A stretch of DNA of 64,000 nt, from assembly GCA_010093605.1 (NCBI GenBank), contig MU004181.1, positions 1,364,001 to 1,428,000 on the forward strand. The letters are read 5' to 3'. This stretch comes from Lophium mytilinum (Eukaryota). Below, in pieces: positions 12,860-23,605 of this stretch (positions within the stretch are counted from its first letter, which is position 1; the number at the start of each line of letters is the position of its first letter). Below the pieces are notes generated by a model, which worked only from the letters and a program-made list of their open reading frames with translations, was not told the origin of the DNA and made no database searches. A program made the translations under genes and the position numbers.

Positions 12860-14879
12860 GCAGTTCTTCGACCTGCGGAGGGAAATGTTCCCTTGGAGCA
12901 GCAGCTGGACTGTTATCTTTGGAGCATCATGATCAATATGATACCACGGGGCATTGAGACCTTCGGGTAGCGCACTCGATGCACCGACTTGCATTGCGAA
13001 CGGAACGGAAAAGTTATTTTTGGAGCATTTCGCGGAGTTGCATTTCTCGTCTTGGGAAGACATCTAATACCTTAATATAATCACCTTTAAAACAATCATC
13101 AAAGTTTTGAAGCCTTCAACATCTCATCTTCATCGTGCTTTCAGTGATACTTCACATCATAACAGCGACAAGTAGCTATTGACACCGCTCTTGTGTTCAA
13201 TCTGCGCTTAACTTGTCGAAGTCTCTTCGTGCAACATATTTCTACAGTCATGTAGTGGACGCGTGTGCAGTAGACGCGTTCCTAGGTATTGCACTAACCT
13301 TAGGATTTCGAGTGCACCATGTAACCCCTATCAACCAAGTGTGCGGCACCCGTTGGCGCCTGACAACTTGGGCTTGGACCTGACCATTCGGATCCGGACC
13401 CACTGTTCTGAAGATAGGTCTGCGGGATCTACTAGCGTGTCAAGGGTGACATCTGTACAGTATCAAAGAAGAAGGTATGTGCTTACTATTTCAAAGTGAT
13501 AGTCGGAACAGGAGTATCCTGGCCTATCGAGAGGCCAAGTTTGTTCGTCAACAAGTCCACGCGTTTTGTCACTTGATAGAATAGAGGTGATTCCAAGCAA
13601 TGAAGATCCCGATTCCTTCGCGCGACAACACAGTCATCTCGAACTGCCGCCACTGCGAACGAAGAGCCTCGTCGGCATGATAGCGTGCTATGTCGGGATT
13701 GAGAACATGGGTAGAGGTTGGTGAGGCCTCCAGCAGTCCGAAACAAGTATGGACGGATAAATCGAGCCCACGCCCTGTTGCTCACAGAGTTAAGCATGCT
13801 AAGCCTGGTAAGCCTGGTCGTCCTACACAATTAAGCATCTGTATATCGGACGGTTTCCACGCCGCTGACGTAAGAAGACAGAGCATACTTAGTCTAGCCG
13901 AGCCGCTCTTGGGAACTAATCACATCTACCGTGGACGGTCGCCCCACCCTTGCTGCGCCTTTCACTGAATTTGGTGATATTGTTCTACGTGGCTCGTTTT
14001 AGTTCCAGCCTCGCGATACCTAGCCATGATGTTTCAGGATAAGCACTAGGAGTAGGTACTTTGTTTACGTCTGTGCACGTCGTGCAGCTAGAAGTGAGGC
14101 CCTGCAGACTTTGTTTTATATGTCTCTAATTGAGAAACAGAAATGGTATAGAGATAGGCCTCTAAATTTGGAAAATTATCCGATAAAAAAGCAGCAAGCT
14201 ACAGTACATTTTCGCCAGAGCATGGTTGTGTACGAGCCGAACCGTACATGGGTTAGAGCCGCACACCCCCTAGTTCTAAAGCTTCAACATCGGCTACCAC
14301 TTTCATCCTCTTTCATCCTTCAGCCAATCCACTTCGTCAGCAAGCACAGCCATAGAGCACCCTTGTATCGCATAATGTAACTTCATCGAGCAACGTCGTC
14401 CGTCCGATATCATTTGTATCAGGCTTTCACGTTCGAAAACAACCAATTGTCATCCAATTCAAAAGAATTATAAATTGGTGCTTGGAGGGGCACATATGCC
14501 CGTTAATCTCTATTTCTACTCCTAGGTTGTTCACTAATCCCCGCTCTAAGCAATTGTTCTCAATTAGTCCAAACCGCCCTGAACCTCTTGTGCCATGATT
14601 CGTGCGAATCAGGATTGCATCCTTATTGTAGTGTGTGGCTGTACTAAAACACAGCTACAAGCCAGATACAGAACCAAGTTCTTTCATATTTAGCTCGTTG
14701 GATCAATGACTAGCAAGCACCCTTGTATTCCGCAGACCGCCGATACGCAAGACATTGAGAGGCTATGGCCTCTACAGTATACAATTTTCCACTGAAAAAG
14801 CAACAGCATTCTTTATTTCTAATTCATGGACTCGTAGAGTTGCCCGGCGAGATTCAGCAGTTGCTTTGTTACAGGCGAA

Positions 14880-16276
14880 ATGGCTACCAATTCAAGACGA
14901 CCTCATACCAAATCGAGAAATGGATGCAGTGAATGTAAGAAGAGGAGAAAAAAGGTACGTAGTTGCATGTTTCATTGGCCCACTCTCTTCTGAAGGCGTC
15001 TCTAACTTGTCATCCGGTGAAGTGCAACGAACAGCTACCCCGTTGTAGTAATTGTGAGAAATGGAACGTCGAATGCGATCTCTCCATACGCGCCCGACAG
15101 CAATCCGCAGACACTAATACGCAGGTACGCTCGGAGGGGAGCCCGTCTTGGTGAGTTGAGGGCCCAGCTTTCTCTTTCTCCGCTTTCTCCTTCTCCGCTT
15201 TCTCCTTTTCGGACTTCTTGGAGGGAAATCCGAAATTTTCCCGGCATCAGACTATCAACATTCATTTCATTTATTGACGCCAGTATAGGCCGAGCAATTG
15301 TTCCGACAGCAGTACCGCTTTGAGTGGTCCTATACCACCTCCAAACGCACTCACTCTCAATATGCGAGACTTAGAGTTAATGAACCACTATAGCAGCCAC
15401 ACCAGCCTTACGCTCTCCCGGCAGGAGCACTGGCCAGTCTGGCAAACGCAAATTCCCCGGGAAGCCCAATCGTATCCATTCTTGATGCATGATGTTCTCG
15501 CTCTGGGTGCCTTACATATCTCATATCTCGACGCTTCTCGCCGGGAAGCCTATCACCACATCGCTCGCAGCCACCACGATCGAGCACTGGAAGCCTTTCG
15601 CTCGGAGATCACCGAGGTCACTCCTCGGAATGCAGGCGCCATCGCTGCTTCCTCCATTGTCGTTGTCATGTTCGTTTCTGGATCTACAAAAGCCACAGGT
15701 TTCTCCGTGGATACGATATCCTCGTATATCGACATACTTGCTGCTATGAGAAATACTGGCTCCATGGTACATTCATGCAGCTCTATTGCAGGCGGCCCGA
15801 TAGGACATCTGGCTCAGCTATTCCAGGCCATCGGTGATTGCGGGAGTGTTGAAGCCTCGGAAGAGATGGATTCTATCCTCGTCCTCCTCGATGACTTCAA
15901 CCTATCTTCTTCTGACACCTGGGAAGACAAGATCGTCTATCAGACAGCAATAGCAAGTTTACGTCAATACCCCCCAACACAAGTCCACGACACTCCAACA
16001 TGGCAGCAGGTCCTCTGCTGGCCGACACACGTTAGCCCGGAGTTCTTCGCACTACTTCGTGCTAAGAGACCGATGGCGCTTATCATCCTGGCTCATTGGC
16101 TCGTACCAGTGCACACGATTCGACTTATGTGGTTTATGGATGGGTGGGGCGAAAGCGTAATGAGCAGTATCAACGATTTGTTGGGTCCAGAGTGGAGGCC
16201 GGGGATTTCATGGCCCTTGAATGAAATGAAAAGTACTTATAGGATGCCTGAAGCGTTCGACCCTGACCTACGATGA
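14880..16276 (+). CDS. Zn(II)2Cys6 transcription factor, Upc2/sterol-uptake-control-like (3 exons)
   Basis: MATNSRRPHTKSRNGCSECKKRRKK, intron 14955-15022, CNEQLPRCSNCEKWNVEC. C-terminal LNMRDLELMNHY, YPFLMHDVLALGALH, WPTHVSPEFFALL and PMALIILAHW. Second-intron boundaries are ambiguous (15151-15288 or 15125-15283, both in frame). Confidence 0.88.
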
Positions 16277-16944
16277 AGCTGGTAGATGGGAATGGTTGCT
16301 CCCTGTATGTAAGTCTCTACCTCGTGAAGAAGAATTTCTTCCCTCACATACCGTCATCATCCTACGATCTATACTTGCAATCAATTCGCTAACCATGGAG
16401 CCAGGTTGCGCTTGGGGGTATGAAAAAGGTGGCACTTTTATCTTAAACCAGCTGCAATGGGTGTTTTGTGCGTATATGCCACTGCTTGGGTAACTTCAAT
16501 GCGTTTTCAGAAACCTAAACGAGACAGAAGCTCGTCAGTTTGGGCTACATGGAATCTTGTTGGAACATTTCATGCAGTGGCAGGCAAGCGTACAAGAGGC
16601 CGTGCTTGAAGAGTGTGCCACTTTGTTGACGCCCAACGTGGGAGCATAGTCTCTCCACGAGAACGTACAATCTTACAGGGTTCACACCGTCGACCCAGTT
16701 CTCAGCATCATCGTTCACTGTAGAATCGCTGAAACGCATGATCTTCGGAACAAGATATTCGGGACGAATTGAGAGCGATGGGGAATGTTCGGAGAGAGAC
16801 AAAGATAGAGGAACGCTTCCGGACCACGTTCCTTACTGAAACTTGAATAGATGATATGTACTCTGTGGAAGACTAAGTAGTGTGCAGTAATGGCATTTCG
16901 GATTATCTCTGCTGTCGACGCGAAAAAGTTTAACATCGCAAAGT

Positions 16945-17763
16945 CTACCAATCTGTCATCTCCAGCTTCTTCCCTGGTAACCGATGCGCTGATGCAGTAT
17001 CACTAAGCCATTCCAGACATTCCCGGATTCCATCTCTCGTGAGCGCCTTAGTGCCTTGAACATGCTATCAATTTGTCAGACCTAGATCTCTGCTATCCAT
17101 CGAAGCTATCTTACCCATCGCCTCCCCTTGATCTCATGCAACTTCAACTCCCTTTCTATATCACCAACCGACATCGCATTCTAGAAGACTTAGCACCGCT
17201 TTGCATGAAACATACGAAACGGCACCCGCTTACCGGCAAATCCTGCTTATTCGCGACCACCAAAATCGGCACCGCGCCCGGCAGCCACTCATTCAAGAAC
17301 GACCATAACTCTTTCTTGACGTCCGGAGTACGTTCGCGATCATTCGAGTCGACTACCCAGATAATGCCACAGCAGTCGTCGAAGTCCGTGTATACGTATT
17401 TTAGCATACGAAGCATATATGTAGATCCGCTGCCTCCGACATCGAAGGATGTGAATGTTGTTTCGTAGTGCGAGATAGTCTCTAGGGTCAGGCCTACAAC
17501 CAGTCAATCTAAGACAGTCTGGTGGGACGGAGAGAGAGCAGAATACCGATCGTGGGCATCGTTGTGACGATCCTCGTTTCTTCGAAGATTTGGTAGAGGA
17601 TAGTGGATTTCCCTGCCGCGTCGAGTCCGCTGATGATTATTCGTCCGTGGTGGTTATCCAAAGGTCTTCTTTCTTCTGCTTTGCTGAACGATGCGAAGCT
17701 GAAGAGCTGGTGCCACCATCTAGGTAGTGCTAGGATTGGAGGGCTGCTGTTGCTAAACGCCAT
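16945..17763 (-). CDS. Divergent ADP-ribosylation-factor (ARF/ARL)-like GTPase, 4 exons, ~220 aa
   Basis: GLDAAGKSTILY, TMPTIG, FDVGGS, IIWVVDSNDRER, LVVANKQDLP, NAMSVGDIE, TKALTRDGIRECLEWL. Introns 17494-17546, 17181-17233 and 17065-17114 all keep frame. Confidence 0.87.
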
Positions 17764-18159
17764 CGTTTGCTCGGGTCGCGCATAAATAGAAGAGACACTG
17801 GATGAAGATACTACTGCGGTCTGAACATTTTAATGGAGGCTGTCTTTCATATCCAATACTGCTAATGAACAGATGTTGAGAAGTGAAGGCATCAGCTTTT
17901 GATTCTCTTTAGGTTAGTATGTGGCGCTTTGTACTAGTCTAAAAATAGGAATGAAGTGGCTGAGATTCAGCCGTCTTTAAACGTAGTCATCTTGAGAACA
18001 CTGGCTTTGGATGTACTTCGTTCAACATTTATTCACTATGATTGAGATGGAAGCGTACAATCCTTTAGGCCGATTGGTGAAGGTCAAATTTGGGAGATGA
18101 GAAGATGATCTAGGCTTATTATATAAGAGGGCGGACAATTTATCTAATAGTAAAGTTTA

Positions 18160-18385
18160 GACCTTTTCGCGGGCGGTATGTTTGCGGCAGTACTTCCGGC
18201 GGTACTTTTGCGGGTGGCTTATACCTCTTCTTACGTGCTTACTAGACCTAGAACTATACACTTAAAAGTAATTAATAATGCCTAAAACCTAGAAAATATA
18301 CTCTAGCAGCCTAGATATAAAGATCTTTAGCTTTTAAGATTAATTCTATTAGTATATTGTATAGTTAGTGTTCTTTAGAGATTGT
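18160..18385. mobile_element. Probable RIP-degenerated repeat or transposon remnant
   Basis: Abrupt AT-rich, TpA-saturated, CpA/TpG-poor tract at 18240-18380, preceded by short degenerate GCGG..GTAYTT repeats (18165-18215). No identifiable ORF. Confidence 0.4.
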
Positions 18386-19089
18386 GTGGTGTGGCAGAGA
18401 AATGTGCCAAGGATTGACTGCTATTTTGCACCCGACAAATGTACAGAGCTGGCCTACCTAGAACCTACCCCACCTCTCCTTTTACCCGACAAACAACGAG
18501 GCCACGAACGGAAATAGCATCACGCCCGATGTGGATTTCAGATGAAAAGGGTAAAGTAGCGCAAAATGTTGTCTCGTGGATTGAATTTCGTGGTGATGCC
18601 TTTTGAGCTGCTAGAAAGAAACACGTACCTGAACGCTGGGTATAGGATAGGCTAAGAGTTGACACTAGCTAGAAAAGTAGTGACCAGTAGGCTTAGAGTC
18701 CATCCTCCATGCACATAGTGTTGATTTTGGGCCCAGAATTTTGTATAGTCCTTCTCACTATTCGGGTATGAAAAGAGCTAGACTTACATTGATACGTTTC
18801 GTAAGTGTTTTAGGTTACATGCTTGTAAAAACGTCTTTTACCACATAAACCAGGTCCGTCAATGTAAAGCCACAATCGAAGATCGTACGCATTTAAGGAC
18901 TGGAAATGGAAAACGCCGTTAGATGTTCATCAAAGTTTCTCGCCCCGAAAACATAAAATCTTACCTGCATGTTGTCCCAAGCACTCTTCGTTGATGCTTT
19001 GCTTCGGTTAGAATGACATATCGTACATCTCTAAGTAGAGCCGCTGGTCGCGAATGACTACTCCCGGAGGTCTCGTACTTTCCATCGCA

Positions 19090-20496
19090 CTAAGGAGCTG
19101 GATGATCTCTCATGTACTCCAGTACCATATCGAGTCCCTCGCTAGAATCGGGCCAATCCATATGCCAGAGATACGGGTGCTTGGACACTTTGATGCAAAG
19201 CGATCGGAAGCTGTGGTCTTCTTGATTCGGGTCCGGAGCATCGTGCAACAGAGATGGATGCTCAGGGAAAGTTTGCGCCTCTTTGATGTCTGGTGCAATT
19301 TCGCCCTTCGGTATCCATTCTTGAGGAATTTTGGGAGCTGAATGTGCCTCAAGGACTGGTGACCACTTCTGTGGTTTAGTGAAGTTGATGGTCGGTGTCA
19401 GGCTAGGTCCTGTGCTGCTCTGTGCCGGTTCGTGTTGAAAAGGCGTTGGGCTCATCTGCATGCTGCTCCTTCGACGATTACGATGCTCTTTCGGTCCCTC
19501 ATGCCTAAGCCGGGAAGCTTCGTCCCTAAAATTTTGCATTCGAGGTAGCCAACGCCGAATACAAGCCGCATCCGTATTCTCAGATGTCACCACCACCCGT
19601 CCTATGTGGCGGACTACCGCTTCTACGTCATTTGGGAAAAAGTAACGCCCAGGGTGTTGTTGAGCGAAGTGAATGGCGCGAGTCAGATCAGCGGCATCTG
19701 CCCCTTGTGGGAGCTTTTTCATGCCAGTCGCTAGGGACTCCAATGGAATTGATCTCGGCGGCCGGTATATCTTGCTATGGGTCTCCGCACGCGTCCGGAC
19801 GCGTGACAGGGACACATTGTTCGGATCGAAAGTGATATTGGGCACCAACATGGGATGCCTCGAGCGTGTCCAGTCAGCCATCGGATTTGTGGGATCTGGT
19901 CCAGCCCTCATCGCATGTTGATAGCCAGCCAAGATTGAGTTGACCGAGTAGAGCTTGTCGTCCTCGTCTGCGATCTCGTCGATAGTTGCGGAACTGTCAA
20001 GAACACTGCCTGCTCGATGGCGGCGGGCAATGTACTGATGTAACTTGTAAGTCATCCCGTTCTGGACCAGTCGGTTCGCGATGGGCCAGCTCAAGATAGA
20101 GTGCGGAAGTAGGGCAATCAGTTCTACCGCCGTCACCGAGATATTCAAATCCAGCGAATGGTTCTTGTGCGGAGCGCTCTTCATATAATCGTAGCCCCGT
20201 GCTCGGCCACCATTCTCGTTGTTTTGCGCTCCCGGCGTATCTAGTTCTTCCCGCTTCTGCCGTTTTCGGTCTGGCTCAGAGCAATTGCGGGGGCTATTGA
20301 AGCCAGTGGTCGTATCATCGTCGTCTGCTAGCGCTTGACGCATGAATCCTGTCATTGGTCTCGGTACTGAATGTGCCACGGGGCTAGCATGAGTGATATG
20401 GTAGACCGCATCGCTTTCTTTGAGTGGTATGAACTTTGGCGGGTTTGAGCCTAGGAGTCGGGGATCGATGCACCACCGTTCAGAGAAAGGCCCCAT
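19090..20496 (-). CDS. Uncharacterised family member A (~468 aa, intronless)
   Basis: Long uninterrupted ORF, first ATG at 20496. Aligns by eye over ~215 aa with the 21602-23605 protein. NLS-like RKRQKR. Confidence 0.8.
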   Translation of the reverse strand: MGPFSERWCIDPRLLGSNPPKFIPLKESDAVYHITHASPVAHSVPRPMTGFMRQALADDDDTTTGFNSPRNCSEPDRKRQKREELDTPGAQNNENGGRARGYDYMKSAPHKNHSLDLNISVTAVELIALLPHSILSWPIANRLVQNGMTYKLHQYIARRHRAGSVLDSSATIDEIADEDDKLYSVNSILAGYQHAMRAGPDPTNPMADWTRSRHPMLVPNITFDPNNVSLSRVRTRAETHSKIYRPPRSIPLESLATGMKKLPQGADAADLTRAIHFAQQHPGRYFFPNDVEAVVRHIGRVVVTSENTDAACIRRWLPRMQNFRDEASRLRHEGPKEHRNRRRSSMQMSPTPFQHEPAQSSTGPSLTPTINFTKPQKWSPVLEAHSAPKIPQEWIPKGEIAPDIKEAQTFPEHPSLLHDAPDPNQEDHSFRSLCIKVSKHPYLWHMDWPDSSEGLDMVLEYMRDHPAP

Positions 20497-21440
20497 TGGT
20501 GTAGGCTGTTTTTGGCGTTGGTGAAACAAGTGGTGGTGAGACTCAACAAGAAATGGACGTCTGAAACAAGGTGGTGGTGGTTGGATCCCTGGCTTAGTGA
20601 AAGAAGGAGCTCGGAGCTACCAAGCAGGAGATTTTGTACTCTATATTCGTAAGCTTGTACATTCACGCCGAGCCTCACGAGGTGCTTTCACTTCGAGGGC
20701 GCAAAAGTTCCCCAGAGTGAATTCATTCAGATCGGTGTCAACGATGCGGAGTGCGAATAGGGACTTACAATGCCTTGTCATAGACATCCGCAGCCCCGCT
20801 GAATGCTGTAGCTGCATGAGAAGCCTCATACCAAGATTTAAAGTCTGCGAAAGAGAGAAATTCAGCACGCATTAGACAACTAAAGAAATTTAAGGTTACC
20901 TTAGACAGCTTCAGTAGGGTAGTGTGTACCCAAGTTGAGAGTGTATACCCAGCGACACCCTTGTATCAGTACGCCCAAGCCCTATAGATGGTGGAAGGAA
21001 AGTGAAAGAATATCTCTCACCAGCGTGGGCAGTAATTCGGCCGCCGGCGTCCGAAGCCCTTGGACTAATTGGATTGGGCCGGCTAAAAACGGAAATTGAT
21101 TGGACGGGTTAACAAATTTTCTCAATCCGGATCAACCCAGCAGGAGACATCTTGCCGCTGTTCTCCGCTCGTAGATCGCTCAAGATTTACAACACGCAAT
21201 AGGACATTCTTTCACCAACTTAAACAAAGACGGGGAAGTTACAAAGTTTTAGGATAGGATTTTCTACATGACAACTAAAACAACCGGAATCAGATTATTC
21301 AAAGGAAGGTGTTCATGGGGAAACACACGAGTCTAGATGAACTGCAAACGATGCATGGGCTTGATCAATTTACTGCCCTGAAAACAAGAGCGAAGAACAT
21401 TAGCTTAAGACTGTAGCGAATTTTGTGAGATACGACGACA

Positions 21441-21526
21441 GGTCAGTCAATTTAGAGACCAGTTCAAGCCGTTCAGTGATTACGTGGCAGCCGTGCTTGT
21501 ACGCGCCAGCCGGTCAGTCAATTTAG
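21441..21526. repeat. Direct repeat GGTCAGTCAATTTAG, two copies 71 bp apart
   Basis: Exact 15-mer at 21441-21455 and 21512-21526, with weaker similarity continuing downstream (gacc..agccgt). Confidence 0.8.
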
Positions 21527-21601
21527 GGGACCCGAATCTAGCCGTCAAGCCTTACACCCCCTCACCTAGATCATTTGCTCTAACGGCGGGAGACAAGCAC
21601 C

Positions 21602-23605
21602 TTAAAGTTGCGTCCAGTCATTGTAGATCGAATCGAAGGGTGTGTGGTTGATATCCCACGGCAGTTGAGCGGCGTTCTGCTCCAAGATCTCGACTATTGC
21701 ATCTAGGTTATCAGGAGTGTTTGCCCACTCGATGTCGTAGAATGACGGATGTTTAGAGAACCGGATGCAACGCGATAGGACGCTATTGTCGTCAGGAGGT
21801 GGATATGGAAGATCTCGCAGTAGACCACCTTGTACATACGGATTCTCCCTGCCGAGTCCCAAATCAGGCTGTTCCGCTGCCGTAGCTGAGAGCGTCCTAT
21901 TTTCGAATAGAGGCTCGTTTGAAATCAGGTGGCCGGGAGCTCGGTTGGGCGTTACCGTGGTCTGATGGCAGAACTCTTCTTCGTGTCCAATGCTATCGAT
22001 CTTCAATCCCGTCGTTGGATTGGGGGTTCGAGAGCCGAAGACAGCGTTGCCTAGGAAGTAAGGGTTCGGAGTTTGTCCTCCATAAGGATCTGCAAGATCT
22101 TCTGGGCCGTTTTCGTTGGCATGTCCTAGAGTGCGCCGGGTAGGCAGTTTTTCCACGTGAGTGCGGCTGACAGTTGGTTCGCTCGTGTGGGGTACCGGGT
22201 TTTGCTGGTCTAGAGAGCCAGGAACGCGTTTCGCCTCACGCTTCAGGCGGTTGCACTCCGCTCGGATTTGCTCTAGTCGCGGGTTCCACCGCGCAATGCA
22301 AGCACCATCAAAGTGATTCCCGGACAGTCGTACCGGTCCACCAGCATCGCTGAGCGCCAGCTCGACATCAGCCGGATACTTGTATGTTCCTGGATGGTCT
22401 TTAGCCCACAAAACCGCTTTGGTTAAGTCAGCTGCGTCATCTCCTGATGGAACCTGATCGACGTCATTCAACAGAGATTCTAGCATCACGTAACCAGGCG
22501 GCCAGAATGTCTGGTCTGGTAAGCAGTGGGTGACTCCACGAACCTGAATGCCAGCGAGAGAGATGTTCTGAGGATCCCAATTGTCGTTGGAGATCTTCTG
22601 CTTGTGGGTCGTGAACGTCCAGCCAGGAACAGGATTGTTGCGATCCTTGCCTGCGCGAAAGGCGTGCTGATAGCTGTGAAGTATGGAATTCCGAGAGTAA
22701 AACCTGTCATCTTCATCCAGTAAAACGTCTGCCCGTGCAGTAGCACGATCAAGAGCAGTGCCCCCAGTACGGTGGCAACGAACGATGAACTGGTGGAGCG
22801 GGTAAGTCAACCCATTAGTTACAAGCCGATTTGCAACATGATAGTTCAGATGCGCATGGCCCAACAGCACTAAGATTTCGACAAGGGTGACGTTGATGCT
22901 CGGAAGTGGGTGGTTTTGATGTGGTGCCTTCTTCATGAAGTCATAGACCCTGCTCGGCTCATCATCTTCTGCAGCTTTGCGCTTTCGATGCTTTCGAGGC
23001 TTCGATGCATTCGTTGTGCAGGTTCCGGAGTTTGTGGTGAGATCATCTGACACCACTGTCTTTGTAGCTGGGCCCTTCTGTTGCTGGCAGTGATCGCCTA
23101 GCAGTGGCGCATCTGAAGATCCAGAGCCATGAAATCGAGCTTCAGTATGATAGACTCCTTCAGAAGCTGTGCTATTGAAGATCGCTGGAGACTGAATGCT
23201 AGCTCCTTCTAGAATGTGGGGCGGCTCGCCGGTAGGTGGCTTGATGTGCTGCAGAAGGTAAGGTGCATTTGATCCCGTGACTTCTTGCTCGTACAATTGG
23301 CCATGCTGGGCAGCAATCGGCTCAGCTGAGAAAAGCGAGAGGTGCTCAAGAGTAGCGCCAAGATCTCCCTGATATGTAGTGGTGTAGAGCTGGTGAATGT
23401 CTCGAATCATTTGCGATGGAAACAGTTCCTTCAGCCTCGCCACCGCCCGGCTATGCTCGGCACCTGGTATGTCCTCAACTTTCATGTCTCCGATCTCAAG
23501 CTTCTGGCGCTTTGCCTTAGGCTCAGACACCTGGGTGAGATCAGCAAATTCAAGTTCGTCCTGAAGCTCGTCTGCTCGTCCACGTTTAGCCCCGGCCATG
23601 GGCAT
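21602..23605 (-). CDS. Uncharacterised family member B (~667 aa, intronless) with CUE-like N-terminal domain
   Basis: Long uninterrupted ORF, first ATG at 23605 (MPMAGAKRGR). Paralogous core shared with gene A. NLS-like KAKRQK and RKHRKRK. Confidence 0.82.
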   Translation of the reverse strand: MPMAGAKRGRADELQDELEFADLTQVSEPKAKRQKLEIGDMKVEDIPGAEHSRAVARLKELFPSQMIRDIHQLYTTTYQGDLGATLEHLSLFSAEPIAAQHGQLYEQEVTGSNAPYLLQHIKPPTGEPPHILEGASIQSPAIFNSTASEGVYHTEARFHGSGSSDAPLLGDHCQQQKGPATKTVVSDDLTTNSGTCTTNASKPRKHRKRKAAEDDEPSRVYDFMKKAPHQNHPLPSINVTLVEILVLLGHAHLNYHVANRLVTNGLTYPLHQFIVRCHRTGGTALDRATARADVLLDEDDRFYSRNSILHSYQHAFRAGKDRNNPVPGWTFTTHKQKISNDNWDPQNISLAGIQVRGVTHCLPDQTFWPPGYVMLESLLNDVDQVPSGDDAADLTKAVLWAKDHPGTYKYPADVELALSDAGGPVRLSGNHFDGACIARWNPRLEQIRAECNRLKREAKRVPGSLDQQNPVPHTSEPTVSRTHVEKLPTRRTLGHANENGPEDLADPYGGQTPNPYFLGNAVFGSRTPNPTTGLKIDSIGHEEEFCHQTTVTPNRAPGHLISNEPLFENRTLSATAAEQPDLGLGRENPYVQGGLLRDLPYPPPDDNSVLSRCIRFSKHPSFYDIEWANTPDNLDAIVEILEQNAAQLPWDINHTPFDSIYNDWTQL

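Noticed and set aside
15167..15210. CTTTCTCC(G) low-complexity repeat
   Set aside because: Ordinary pyrimidine-rich microsatellite within intron 2 of the Upc2-like gene.
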